From positions 1 to 44,202 of the forward strand of contig CAZKNU010000001.1 in assembly GCA_964554235.1 (NCBI GenBank): a DNA stretch of 44,202 bases, written 5' to 3'. This stretch comes from an uncultured Methanosarcinales archaeon (GTDB lineage Archaea; Nanobdellota; Nanobdellia; Woesearchaeales; GW2011-AR9). Within the stretch, counting starts at the first letter, position 1, and each line of letters begins with the position of its first letter. A program made the translations under genes and the position numbers. The notes below the pieces were generated by a model. The model was not told the DNA's origin. It saw only the letters and a list, made by a program, of their open reading frames with translations, and did no database searches. Shown in pieces: positions 1 through 7,994 of this stretch.

Positions 1-511
1 CAAATTTAGCAAAATCATAGCCAATATTTACCCTAAAATGCTTCTTTATTGTATAATGTCCGCCTTTATTTTTAGAATTGGGATTTATTACGATGCTTTC
101 CTCTGCAGTACCCACCAGTTCGTCTTTCTCAAAAGTGACCTGATATTTCTCCGGATTATACTTGCCCATTAATTCGTTGAAAGCAGTGTTAACCATACTT
201 CCAACGTCCTGAAAACAAGCTTTTTCTCCCTCACGCAGGTAATAAAATGGACACTCATGACCTTTGGAAACTCCGCCCTGCTTAGTTAAGAGAGTTACCG
301 TTTCTTTTCCTACCCATAACGCTAATTGGTCATTCTGTAACAGTTCTTTCTCGCCGGCAAGATAATAATTATTTAAATAATCGGCTTGCCATTCCCCTTT
401 AATTTGTACTCCTGTATCTTTTTCGTAGACAGATAATAAAAAGAAAGCTAAAGCAGCTATAATCGCAAAAATAATCCAATGAAATAATGCTCCTTTTTTT
501 GAATTAATCAT
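1..511 (-). CDS. prepilin-like (class III signal peptide) protein, C-terminal part cut off by window edge
   Basis: Not in the ORF track because it runs off the window. I read every minus-strand codon from ATG (509-511) down to position 2 and found no stop. N-terminus is MINSKKGALFHWIIFAIIAALAFFLLSVY: a basic n-region, KKG, then about 20 hydrophobic residues. Confidence 0.6.
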   Translation of the reverse strand, partial: MINSKKGALFHWIIFAIIAALAFFLLSVYEKDTGVQIKGEWQADYLNNYYLAGEKELLQNDQLALWVGKETVTLLTKQGGVSKGHECPFYYLREGEKACFQDVGSMVNTAFNELMGKYNPEKYQVTFEKDELVGTAEESIVINPNSKNKGGHYTIKKHFRVNIGYDFAKF

Positions 512-535
512 CTTAATTTTATTTACCTATTTCAT

Positions 536-1033
536 TTATTTTTCTCGGCTAAATACAACCGTTATTGATGGAATCTGTTTATTTTCTAAATTAGGTAATT
601 CTAAACTACATTTCTTACCTGACCCAAACACCACATTGCTAAAAGAAAATAAACGGTCTTTTCCCTGGCGGAATTCTGCTGTATTATAAATAGCTACATT
701 TCCTTCCGCTTTCTTTTCTCTAAAATAAGTTCCGGTTTTTTCTTCAAATAGATCTCCCCGGTTAGTATTTACCGCTAGCAAGATTAAATCTTTCATCTGG
801 ATTTTCTGCTCGCCAACCAATGCCGGATAATTTAAGTAGTAAAGCAGCTGTTGTTCGGAATCAAATTGGTCTAAGGTCTCTAAAGAAAGTTCTGTTTTTG
901 CTTCTACTTCGGAATTAAGTACTAATTGAATAAAAAATAAGGCAAAAAATAAGATTAAAACCATAAAGATTAAATCAAAAAAGTCCGGCATGATTCCTTT
1001 TTTTCCGGTGATCAATATTGAATTAATTTTCAT
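536..1033 (-). CDS. prepilin-like N-terminus protein (hypothetical)
   Basis: 165-aa ORF. N-terminus MKINSILITGKKG|IMPDFFDLIFMVLILFFALFFIQLVL. Same strand as, and closely spaced with, its neighbours. Confidence 0.55.
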   Translation of the reverse strand: MKINSILITGKKGIMPDFFDLIFMVLILFFALFFIQLVLNSEVEAKTELSLETLDQFDSEQQLLYYLNYPALVGEQKIQMKDLILLAVNTNRGDLFEEKTGTYFREKKAEGNVAIYNTAEFRQGKDRLFSFSNVVFGSGKKCSLELPNLENKQIPSITVVFSREK

Positions 1034-1099
1034 TTTTGTTGGTTATCTATTCCTTCGGTTCTTTGTTTTTTTGTTAATTGTTTTATTGTTAATACTTTT

Positions 1100-1588
1100 T
1101 TATATTTTAGTCTGTACATAAATAATCATTCGGGTAGGCATGACTTCTCCCCCCGAACGGATAAATACCTCTTTATATAAAGTGAAATCCACCTTATTAA
1201 AAAAATTATTAGTCATCAATATTTTTCCTGCCCCTTCTTTAGTGGGACCAAACCCTTCTAATTCTATTCCAAAATTATAATCTTTATACCCTCGCTCTTT
1301 TTCAGTACGATAACAGCCATCTAATCTCTCTTGAGTAAATTTATTTAAATCAATAGTTCCGGGAAAAATTCTGCCCGTCAATGAATCTTGATAAGTAAAA
1401 CATTCCGGGGTATTTAAGAAACGCAAAGCCAGCAATTCTGCCTTGAGCTCGGGAGGAACTTCTACTAATTTATTTTGGTAACTGGACATAATTAAAGCAA
1501 AAGCTAATACGGCTATAGTAATTACCATTCCCGCAATCATCCAAAAAATGGATTTGGTAACCACATCAAAGATTCCTTGTTTATCCAT
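1100..1588 (-). CDS. prepilin-like / N-terminally anchored hypothetical protein
   Basis: The track starts it at 1600, which is a GTG overlapping the upstream gene. An in-frame ATG at 1586-1588 lies 2 nt after the upstream stop (1591-1593). It gives MDKQG|IFDVVTKSIFWMIAGMVITIAVLAFALI. The motif is weaker (Q-G rather than K-G). Confidence 0.5.
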   Translation of the reverse strand: MDKQGIFDVVTKSIFWMIAGMVITIAVLAFALIMSSYQNKLVEVPPELKAELLALRFLNTPECFTYQDSLTGRIFPGTIDLNKFTQERLDGCYRTEKERGYKDYNFGIELEGFGPTKEGAGKILMTNNFFNKVDFTLYKEVFIRSGGEVMPTRMIIYVQTKI

Positions 1589-1590
1589 GT

Positions 1591-1986
1591 TTAACTGCAC
1601 CTCTGCAAAAGGATTTGCTGGTTTTCTTTACGCAAGCATAATCGGCTTTGTTCTTCCAAGGTTCCAAAAGCAGTATACCCTTTGGGTAAAATTATCTGCC
1701 GAATGACCGTCTTTAATTCCCCTTCACCTTTAATAAATACCCGAATATAATTGGAATTAAGGATTAAGGCATATTTAGAAACATTTCCCGGATATTCTAT
1801 TAAAACTTCTCCGGGAGTGCCTACTAGCACGTCCGCCATCATTTTAATATCTTCGGCCAGATTAATTTTATTTGCGGTTTCCGAGCCAGCATATTTTTGA
1901 GCAAGTTCAAAAGTCATATAACTTACAAAAAAAACTATTAGAATCTCAAAAACCAGCATCAGCACCATCACTGCTTTCTTATTCAT
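1591..1986 (-). CDS. prepilin-like protein (K-K-A class)
   Basis: MNKKA|VMVLMLVFEILIVFFVSYM. Its start overlaps the stop of the upstream gene in an ATGA (1983-1986). Confidence 0.55.
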   Translation of the reverse strand: MNKKAVMVLMLVFEILIVFFVSYMTFELAQKYAGSETANKINLAEDIKMMADVLVGTPGEVLIEYPGNVSKYALILNSNYIRVFIKGEGELKTVIRQIILPKGYTAFGTLEEQSRLCLRKENQQILLQRCS

Positions 1987-2651
1987 TTTATCTGCTGCCC
2001 TTCCTGCGGCCCGATGATTCGTACGGTGTTATCAAGTTTAACTAAATATAATAGGGTTCTTCTGGGCATTTCATAATAGCTTACCACGTACCAGCTGGAT
2101 TTATCGGCCAAATGCCTTTCAATCATAAACCCGCCGGTGCATTTATAAGAATGCACGGCTTCCGCTTTTCCCAGGCTGCAAGATTCTATTTCTAAATTAT
2201 AATTTATATTGGAACAGAGAACAATTTTAGGAATAACCGTTATCGTATCATAACCCGGTTTGCTGAGAGAAGTATCAAATTCTGATTTTCTAAATAAGCA
2301 CAAACAATTTTTGTCGTCGTTACATTGGCTTGGCTTTTGCAAATGGATAGTAAAATCAGTATAAGGCACGCGGGCATCGACTTCCACTAAAACTTCTTTT
2401 TTTCCTTTTTCAAAATAAACCACGGCAGTAGCAGTATCCATAATCAAAAGGGTGCTTTCTCTTGCCCCAATTTCTCCGACCTGGGAAAATTTTTCTAATT
2501 CCTGGACAAAATCAACATAATTGTCCTTGGCTTGAGTACTCGTCCTAAACAGCCGTGCTCCTAAATAACAGGCGGGGACAAAAATAATCAAAGCGAGAAC
2601 AAGTGAAACCAGGAATTTCAGCATAATTGCTTTTTTATTTTTATTGAACAT
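1983..2651 (-). CDS. prepilin-like protein (K-K-A class), Cys-containing globular domain
   Basis: MFNKNKKA|IMLKFLVSLVLALIIFVPA. 222 aa with several Cys in the C-terminal two thirds. Confidence 0.55.
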   Translation of the reverse strand: MFNKNKKAIMLKFLVSLVLALIIFVPACYLGARLFRTSTQAKDNYVDFVQELEKFSQVGEIGARESTLLIMDTATAVVYFEKGKKEVLVEVDARVPYTDFTIHLQKPSQCNDDKNCLCLFRKSEFDTSLSKPGYDTITVIPKIVLCSNINYNLEIESCSLGKAEAVHSYKCTGGFMIERHLADKSSWYVVSYYEMPRRTLLYLVKLDNTVRIIGPQEGQQIK

Positions 2652-2774
2652 TTTAAAATGAAAATGATTTAAACTTTATTTTTACAGTTATTTTTTATAA
2701 TTATTTTATATTTTGTTTTTTATATTTTTATACCAGCTTTACCATAAATTTATATTTTTGATAAATTTATAATT

Positions 2775-3650
2775 TTATTTCCTGATCCATTCGCTATCTA
2801 TGCATCCGTAAATTTTATTGCCAACAATGAGCTCCTTGCCTTCATTACCTTTCTTACAACCAAACCAATAGCCGCTTTTACAAATCAAAGAACCATAATT
2901 TGGTTTAGACCTCCACTGCCAGGAGAAAAGATTTTTAGGATCCTGTTCATTATCAGCAGAAAAGTAAGTGTGTTCCTGAATTGCCCCTTCCAGAGAAGCG
3001 GATTTAGTTGCAGAAATAATCGTTTCTTCATCAACTGCATATTGACCACAATCATTTTTATCATACGCATAAGCTAGCGGATAAAGTACCGGAATTCTGG
3101 CATCTTTTTCACTGGCCATAACCCAGCAGCCGGTGGTTATCGGCTGGTAAGAAAATTCATCGTCATCGCAATCGGTTCCTTGTGTAGGACAGTCTAAGCC
3201 CATCCAATGCGGACAAGCAAAATTAATTATTCCGCTGCTTTTTTCACCGCTATCATCATTACCAAAAATTTCCAGAGATTCATAATGCATAAAGGCTTCT
3301 TCACCAACCTTCTCCGCTAATTTTTCATCAATAGCGCTGGTTTTAAGAACCCCACAGCCCGTATCTGAGTTATATTTTTCCCGATCGGCCTGTTTCTGCT
3401 GGCTGGTAAATGTAGCCGGACAGCCATTAGTGTCTATTTCCCCATAAGTACAAGGACAGTCATCAGAAAGGCCTACTACTCCGTCAAAATCAGGATCACC
3501 CACAGTATAATTTCGCTGTGCCCTCAGGATATCACCAAAACTAAATAAATGAGGAAAAAAAATAGCAATGACTGCTAATAACAAAACTAAAGCCAAGATT
3601 ACTGAAATAAGCACTTCCATAACTTGGCTAAGGCCTTTTTTATTTATCAT
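2775..3650 (-). CDS. prepilin-like protein with Cys-rich domain and a thrombospondin-type-3-like Asp-rich loop
   Basis: MINKKG|LSQVMEVLISVILALVLLLAVIAIFF. Also carries DPDFDGVVGLSDDCPC (a DxDxDG-type Ca-binding-like motif) and many Cys. Confidence 0.65.
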   Translation of the reverse strand: MINKKGLSQVMEVLISVILALVLLLAVIAIFFPHLFSFGDILRAQRNYTVGDPDFDGVVGLSDDCPCTYGEIDTNGCPATFTSQQKQADREKYNSDTGCGVLKTSAIDEKLAEKVGEEAFMHYESLEIFGNDDSGEKSSGIINFACPHWMGLDCPTQGTDCDDDEFSYQPITTGCWVMASEKDARIPVLYPLAYAYDKNDCGQYAVDEETIISATKSASLEGAIQEHTYFSADNEQDPKNLFSWQWRSKPNYGSLICKSGYWFGCKKGNEGKELIVGNKIYGCIDSEWIRK

Positions 3651-3809
3651 ATACCTATCACGCCTTTTTTTTAACTATTAACTTATTAACTCTCGGTTTT
3701 TAGTTTTATTGATTTTTATTTTGATTCAAATCAATCCTAATTATCTTAATATTTGTTTATAATTATAATCTTTTCTTAATTTTAATTAAATATTTTACCA
3801 AATTCTATC

Positions 3810-4802
3810 CTATTCCCCGGCAATATCTCCCGAACCGCACATTTCCTGCCCTACTTCTAAAAAGCCAACATAAATCGAACTGACATCTCTTTCTGCATAC
3901 ATATCTCCCATTAAATTCATATATCCCGCTGTACCTAAATAGATGCCTGCCGCACCAGTAGCAACAATTGGCACTAAACCGAGGGCTGCTTTTCCAACAA
4001 TCGCTTTTCCAGGAAGTTCTCCCGGAACGATCTTTTGCTTGCTTTCTGCATAACTTTTGTATTGCATTGCTCCTCCAACAATGGCTGGTAGCAAATAAAT
4101 CCCCAGCGGAAAAACTAAAACCGCGCCTCCACCCATCTGCAGTACTCCTTTCCAAAAAGTATCTCTTTCCTTATTTTTAGGCATCATGGAAACAGTGTAA
4201 GCGGCGCGGGGAAAGATTTCCGGAGCAGTTAGCACTACTCTTCCCGGACCACCATATCCTTGAATGTAATCCAAGTAAGTCATATTTACTTTAGAATATT
4301 TTTTCAGGGCCATAAAATCAAACAGCTCTTTGGAAGAAATCGGTCCACCTTCAATTTCTTCCTGATCAACCAATAAAGTATAACAATTAAAACATTGGTT
4401 TTCATAACCATCAAAACCTAGTACAGAAGGTAAAACATCTAAATCCCCCGAACTTAAAATCTCTTCATATCTTCCTTCATTAAACATCCACCAGCATCTG
4501 GCCGTAGCTTCAGCTATTTGCCGCAGGATTTGCTGCCTATTCCCGGTGATTTTTTTATCAATGGTCTTACAGAGAGCCGGAACCATTTTTAATTCCGCTT
4601 CAACTAAGCTGCTTTTAAGGTGGAAGGCACTTTTGGCTCTTAAAGCAATGCTGTTCTGGCAGAGCACTTCTGCTTCTACATCGCTGGATTTAGACATAAA
4701 TCTTAACAATACTCCGGAAATTAATACAAAAGCAATTAAAGTAATCATCATTCCGATAATAAAGCTGGCCGTTAAAGCTTTTTTTCCGGTTAAAGTGATC
4801 AT
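3810..4802 (-). CDS. membrane protein with prepilin-like N-terminus plus two Gly-rich C-terminal hydrophobic segments
   Basis: MITLTGKKA|LTASFIIGMMITLIAFVLISGVLL at the N-terminus. Later hydrophobic stretches are GGGAVLVFPLGIYLLPAIVGGAM and AALGLVPIVATGAAGIYLGTAGY. The longest ORF at this position; the 116-aa, 70-aa and 90-aa ORFs that overlap it are rejected. Confidence 0.6.
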   Translation of the reverse strand: MITLTGKKALTASFIIGMMITLIAFVLISGVLLRFMSKSSDVEAEVLCQNSIALRAKSAFHLKSSLVEAELKMVPALCKTIDKKITGNRQQILRQIAEATARCWWMFNEGRYEEILSSGDLDVLPSVLGFDGYENQCFNCYTLLVDQEEIEGGPISSKELFDFMALKKYSKVNMTYLDYIQGYGGPGRVVLTAPEIFPRAAYTVSMMPKNKERDTFWKGVLQMGGGAVLVFPLGIYLLPAIVGGAMQYKSYAESKQKIVPGELPGKAIVGKAALGLVPIVATGAAGIYLGTAGYMNLMGDMYAERDVSSIYVGFLEVGQEMCGSGDIAGE

Positions 4803-4874
4803 TTTTAGGTTATTTTAGATTATTTATTTCTAATTTGTTTATTTCATTTTTAACTTATTTTATTTTACTAATAT

Positions 4875-5651
4875 TTAACTGCATAATTTCAATTTGCCTT
4901 GTTTAATTAAATTGGGAATGGAATTAACTTCTCCGTCGGTAAACCATTCATTGGCAATGCCACTTTCACCATAATTAAAAACCCAGTTAGTAGGGAAAAA
5001 ACAAATATGCTCTCCATCAGGGGTAAACAACCAGCCCCCGTCTTCAAAGTTATCTCCTAAACCGATATCTAAAAAAGCAATACTGTTTCCTTTCCTTTTA
5101 CCGCTTTTTGACTGGTAGTAAATGGTAAGCGCATCAACCGGCTGAAAATAAGGATATACTAATTGCTTTTCCTCTTCGATAAAGAAATTAAAAAAATGTT
5201 CTGCTACCCTTCCTCTTCCTGCAATTACGCAAGGCTTCATTCCTGGAAACTCCGTTCTTAATTCCGTTAGCATTTGTTTTCCGCCCGCTCCCCCGCCGAC
5301 AGTAAGGACGGTTTTATTTCCTTCCGAGTTAATCAGGATTGAAGTGCCTTCTTCTTTGCCCAACTCAGAAAATCCGCCGTAATTGGCAAAACAGTTCTCT
5401 TTGCCTTTTCCTAACATGGTAAAGATGGTTTTGCTTAAACTTAAAATCTGGGCTTGGTGGATTTCAGGAATGGAAATTTCTGCACCTAATTCTTCCGCCC
5501 CCATCCCCATTTCGGGCAAAAAGCGTTTAAGGTCTAAAATGGTGGCTTTTAATTCTTCCCAAGCCCCGCTCTCCCCAAAAAAAATGACTAAAACTACCAG
5601 CAAGAAAACAATCGGAAGTACATAAAAAATTATTTTTGATGCTACACCCAT
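4875..5651 (-). CDS. N-terminally membrane-anchored hypothetical protein
   Basis: MGVASKIIFYVLPIVFLLVVLVIFFGESG. It has a hydrophobic N-terminus but no K-K-G/A motif. 258 aa. Confidence 0.55.
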   Translation of the reverse strand: MGVASKIIFYVLPIVFLLVVLVIFFGESGAWEELKATILDLKRFLPEMGMGAEELGAEISIPEIHQAQILSLSKTIFTMLGKGKENCFANYGGFSELGKEEGTSILINSEGNKTVLTVGGGAGGKQMLTELRTEFPGMKPCVIAGRGRVAEHFFNFFIEEEKQLVYPYFQPVDALTIYYQSKSGKRKGNSIAFLDIGLGDNFEDGGWLFTPDGEHICFFPTNWVFNYGESGIANEWFTDGEVNSIPNLIKQGKLKLCS

Positions 5652-5673
5652 GTTCTCCCATTTTCCAAATTTT

Positions 5674-5847
5674 CTAAAATAAGTTTAAAAATCTGTCCAG
5701 CAGCAGGTTGCCTTGTTTGCTTAGCAAAAGCCAGAGGGCACCAGCAGCAATCAACAGCACCAGTAAACCAACCAACGTAATAATCAAAGTTAAGGCCTCG
5801 TCCCCTTTTTTGCCTAATGATAAACCCTTTAGTAATTCTATTTTCAT
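5674..5847 (-). CDS. 57-aa mini prepilin-like protein (below ORF-track size cutoff)
   Basis: Hand-translated codon by codon: MKIELLKGLSLGKKG|DEALTLIITLVGLLVLLIAAGALWLLLSKQGNLLLDRFLNLF, stop TAG at 5674-5676. Its ATG overlaps the upstream mini-gene stop in an ATGA (5844-5847). It competes with the 73-aa track ORF 5642-5863 in another frame. Confidence 0.4.
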   Translation of the reverse strand: MKIELLKGLSLGKKGDEALTLIITLVGLLVLLIAAGALWLLLSKQGNLLLDRFLNLF

Positions 5848-5972
5848 AATCCAAATAACCCAAATTTCTTTTTTAATCCCATCATCACGGCAATAAAAAT
5901 TAAGATGCCTAATAAGATAATTACAATTAATTCTACCACACTTAGGTCAGCAGCTTTTTTATTTAATTTCAT
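5844..5972 (-). CDS. 42-aa mini prepilin-like protein (below ORF-track size cutoff)
   Basis: Hand-translated codon by codon: MKLNKKA|ADLSVVELIVIILLGILIFIAVMMGLKKKFGLFGL, stop TGA at 5844-5846. It has the same K-K-A plus hydrophobic helix organisation as its neighbours. Confidence 0.4.
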   Translation of the reverse strand: MKLNKKAADLSVVELIVIILLGILIFIAVMMGLKKKFGLFGL

Positions 5973-6018
5973 GGCTATAATTAAGTGTATATTAATTTAT
6001 TTTAGTGTGAATTGATTT

Positions 6019-6288
6019 TTAAGTTAAAGCCTCGTTCCGAACCCCAAAACAACATTCCGGTTTAGCTTTATCTAGACATTTGAATGCAGATGACACTGTT
6101 CCTTGATAGGCGCTTCGGCAGGTTTTTTCTCCAACACAAGTGCCGCCTTTGCTTTCACAATCCAATAAGCCACCTTCAACGACAGTAGTTTTTTCTGTAA
6201 ATAACACCATCAGAACTACCATCACTACTAAAGCGATTACCGCGCCGATTATGATCCACCACATGTTAGCATCAGCTTTTTTAAACAT
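6019..6288 (-). CDS. small Cys-rich prepilin-like protein (K-K-A class)
   Basis: The track start at 6294 is a TTG. An in-frame ATG at 6286-6288 lies 2 nt after the upstream stop and gives MFKKA|DANMWWIIIGAVIALVVMVVLMVLF. The C-terminal about 50 aa carry 6 Cys. Confidence 0.6.
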   Translation of the reverse strand: MFKKADANMWWIIIGAVIALVVMVVLMVLFTEKTTVVEGGLLDCESKGGTCVGEKTCRSAYQGTVSSAFKCLDKAKPECCFGVRNEALT

Positions 6289-6290
6289 AC

Positions 6291-6644
6291 TCAACTCCAG
6301 ATACAGCCGGATTCAGATTGACAAACATCGCTATTATCACTAAACTCTTTGCAGCGGTCAATTTCTCTTTTAAAATCAGCTTTGGCTAAATCTTGTTCTT
6401 CAGAAAGCTCTGCTTGTTCAAATTCAGTTAAGAACTTATCCTCAAAAGATCCGCTCGGATGACATTGGCCATAATAGATTTTTAATCCAGCTAATTCTTG
6501 CGATCCTTCTTTACTAACGCCTTCTTTAAAAATTTGAACTCTGCCCGTAAAAACAACAATTAAAACTACCAGCACAATTAAAGCTAAAGCTGCAACTATT
6601 ATTACATTTAAAGACATCGCTTGCCCTTTTTTTGAAAATACCAT
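6291..6644 (-). CDS. prepilin-like protein (K-G-Q class)
   Basis: MVFSKKG|QAMSLNVIIVAALALIVLVVLIVVF. This is a textbook archaeal class III signal layout with Gln at +1. Confidence 0.7.
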   Translation of the reverse strand: MVFSKKGQAMSLNVIIVAALALIVLVVLIVVFTGRVQIFKEGVSKEGSQELAGLKIYYGQCHPSGSFEDKFLTEFEQAELSEEQDLAKADFKREIDRCKEFSDNSDVCQSESGCIWS

Positions 6645-6833
6645 TTAATCCACCTCTTTTTCAATAAATACTATTTTATTTATCTTTAATTATTATCTTT
6701 AGTATCTTTAGTTAAAAAAAGAAAATCCCTATATAAATGTTGCGTGTGAAGTCGTTAAAAACACCATTAAATTGGTCGATTTAACATCTGATTTAGGCTA
6801 TTTGGTTAATTTAGTCAATTTAATCCTAAAACA

Positions 6834-7418
6834 TTAATCACATAAATATAATACATTTTCCACCAGTCCCGGATCAGTATTGATTGGAAATAAACCCGAA
6901 CTGTAACGATCTTTCCCCGCCGGACAGCCCCCATCAACGACCACAGGAGACATGATCTCTAACGGTTTTTCTTCCTGAAAAACTAATAACTGAGAATGTA
7001 ATTCATAATGTTTATTCCAGCTTCCTAAAGTTTCATTTAACAAATAAAAACTCATTTCATGCAGAAATTCACAGCTATGCAGCCTTTGTTTACTTATTGG
7101 GCCAATACAATTATATTGGCTGGCGGTATCTAAATGCCGGGCGCAATCGTCAATGATGTTCTTTCCCAGTTCCGGGAGACCGATGGAAGTGCAGTCTGCT
7201 TCCTTGCTAATCGTTGTTTTCATCAGGGCACTCATGGCACTATAAGCCAGCCCTTTTCCGGTAAAAGTTTTTTTTTGTGGTTCAGATTTTAAAGCTAAGG
7301 AAGCCATTAACAGCATCCCTAAAGTGATTAGAATTACAATGATTACTAACCCGATGATTTCCATTTGGCCTTTTCGGCAGTTGGTCCTAGTCCGGTTTTT
7401 ATTTTTATTTTGGTTCAT
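6834..7418 (-). CDS. prepilin-like protein (K-G-Q class)
   Basis: ...NCRKG|QMEIIGLVIIVILITLGMLLMASL. Its start overlaps the upstream stop in an ATGA (7415-7418). Confidence 0.7.
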   Translation of the reverse strand: MNQNKNKNRTRTNCRKGQMEIIGLVIIVILITLGMLLMASLALKSEPQKKTFTGKGLAYSAMSALMKTTISKEADCTSIGLPELGKNIIDDCARHLDTASQYNCIGPISKQRLHSCEFLHEMSFYLLNETLGSWNKHYELHSQLLVFQEEKPLEIMSPVVVDGGCPAGKDRYSSGLFPINTDPGLVENVLYLCD

Positions 7419-7906
7419 GAATAGGCTACTACTTCCACATAACCCAAACGATATTGGGGTTTATTTTCATCAGTTAAATCATTTCTTAAGGAAACTACAA
7501 AGAAGGTTGGTTCCTTCCTAGTTATTTTTAAAGGCGGTTTATCATACAGCAGCCAAGAAGTATCGCCGGGATAAACTTCTTTTACCGAGATTTTTGCATA
7601 AGAAAAAAGATCAAAATAATAATTGTCAGAATATTTCTTAAACGTTTTATTAACTAAATCTAATTTTAGGACATCAAAACAATTATCTTCCGGCTCAGCC
7701 AACCCTTTACTGCAAATTAATTCCGGCAGGAACAAAGTTTTCAAAGTGGTTTCGATTGCTTTTGCTCCCAGCAGTTCTTCTTCTTTTTCAAAAAGTGCGG
7801 CTTGCTGATATTTATAATAAAAAATTATCCCAAAGAGGATTAAAACAAAGAAAATAAATAAGACGGCAATAGTTTCAGATATTTTTATTTGTCCTTTTCG
7901 ATTCAT
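7415..7906 (-). CDS. prepilin-like protein (K-G-Q class)
   Basis: MNRKG|QIKISETIAVLFIFFVLILFGIIFYY. Confidence 0.7.
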   Translation of the reverse strand: MNRKGQIKISETIAVLFIFFVLILFGIIFYYKYQQAALFEKEEELLGAKAIETTLKTLFLPELICSKGLAEPEDNCFDVLKLDLVNKTFKKYSDNYYFDLFSYAKISVKEVYPGDTSWLLYDKPPLKITRKEPTFFVVSLRNDLTDENKPQYRLGYVEVVAYS

Positions 7907-7994
7907 TTTTCGCTTCCTGTTTTTAAGTTCCGAGTCTAACCTTTTTTTACAATTAATCCTTTTTGATTTAATTTAATAAACTCTTTCATCTAAT

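Noticed and set aside
5274-5297. P-loop-like GGGAGGKQ in the 258-aa protein, considered as a possible hidden ATPase of the pilus locus
   Set aside because: The residue after GK is Gln rather than Ser/Thr. No Walker B or ATPase-sized domain follows. The protein has an N-terminal membrane anchor, which suggests an extracellular location. It is probably a Gly-rich loop.
5642-5863. 73-aa track ORF MGYLDYENRITKGF... on the minus strand
   Set aside because: It occupies the same DNA as the two hand-found mini-genes but in another frame. It has no signal or hydrophobic segment and an odd CCWC composition. The alternative frames reproduce the K-K-G/A plus helix pattern of all neighbouring genes and are ATGA-coupled.
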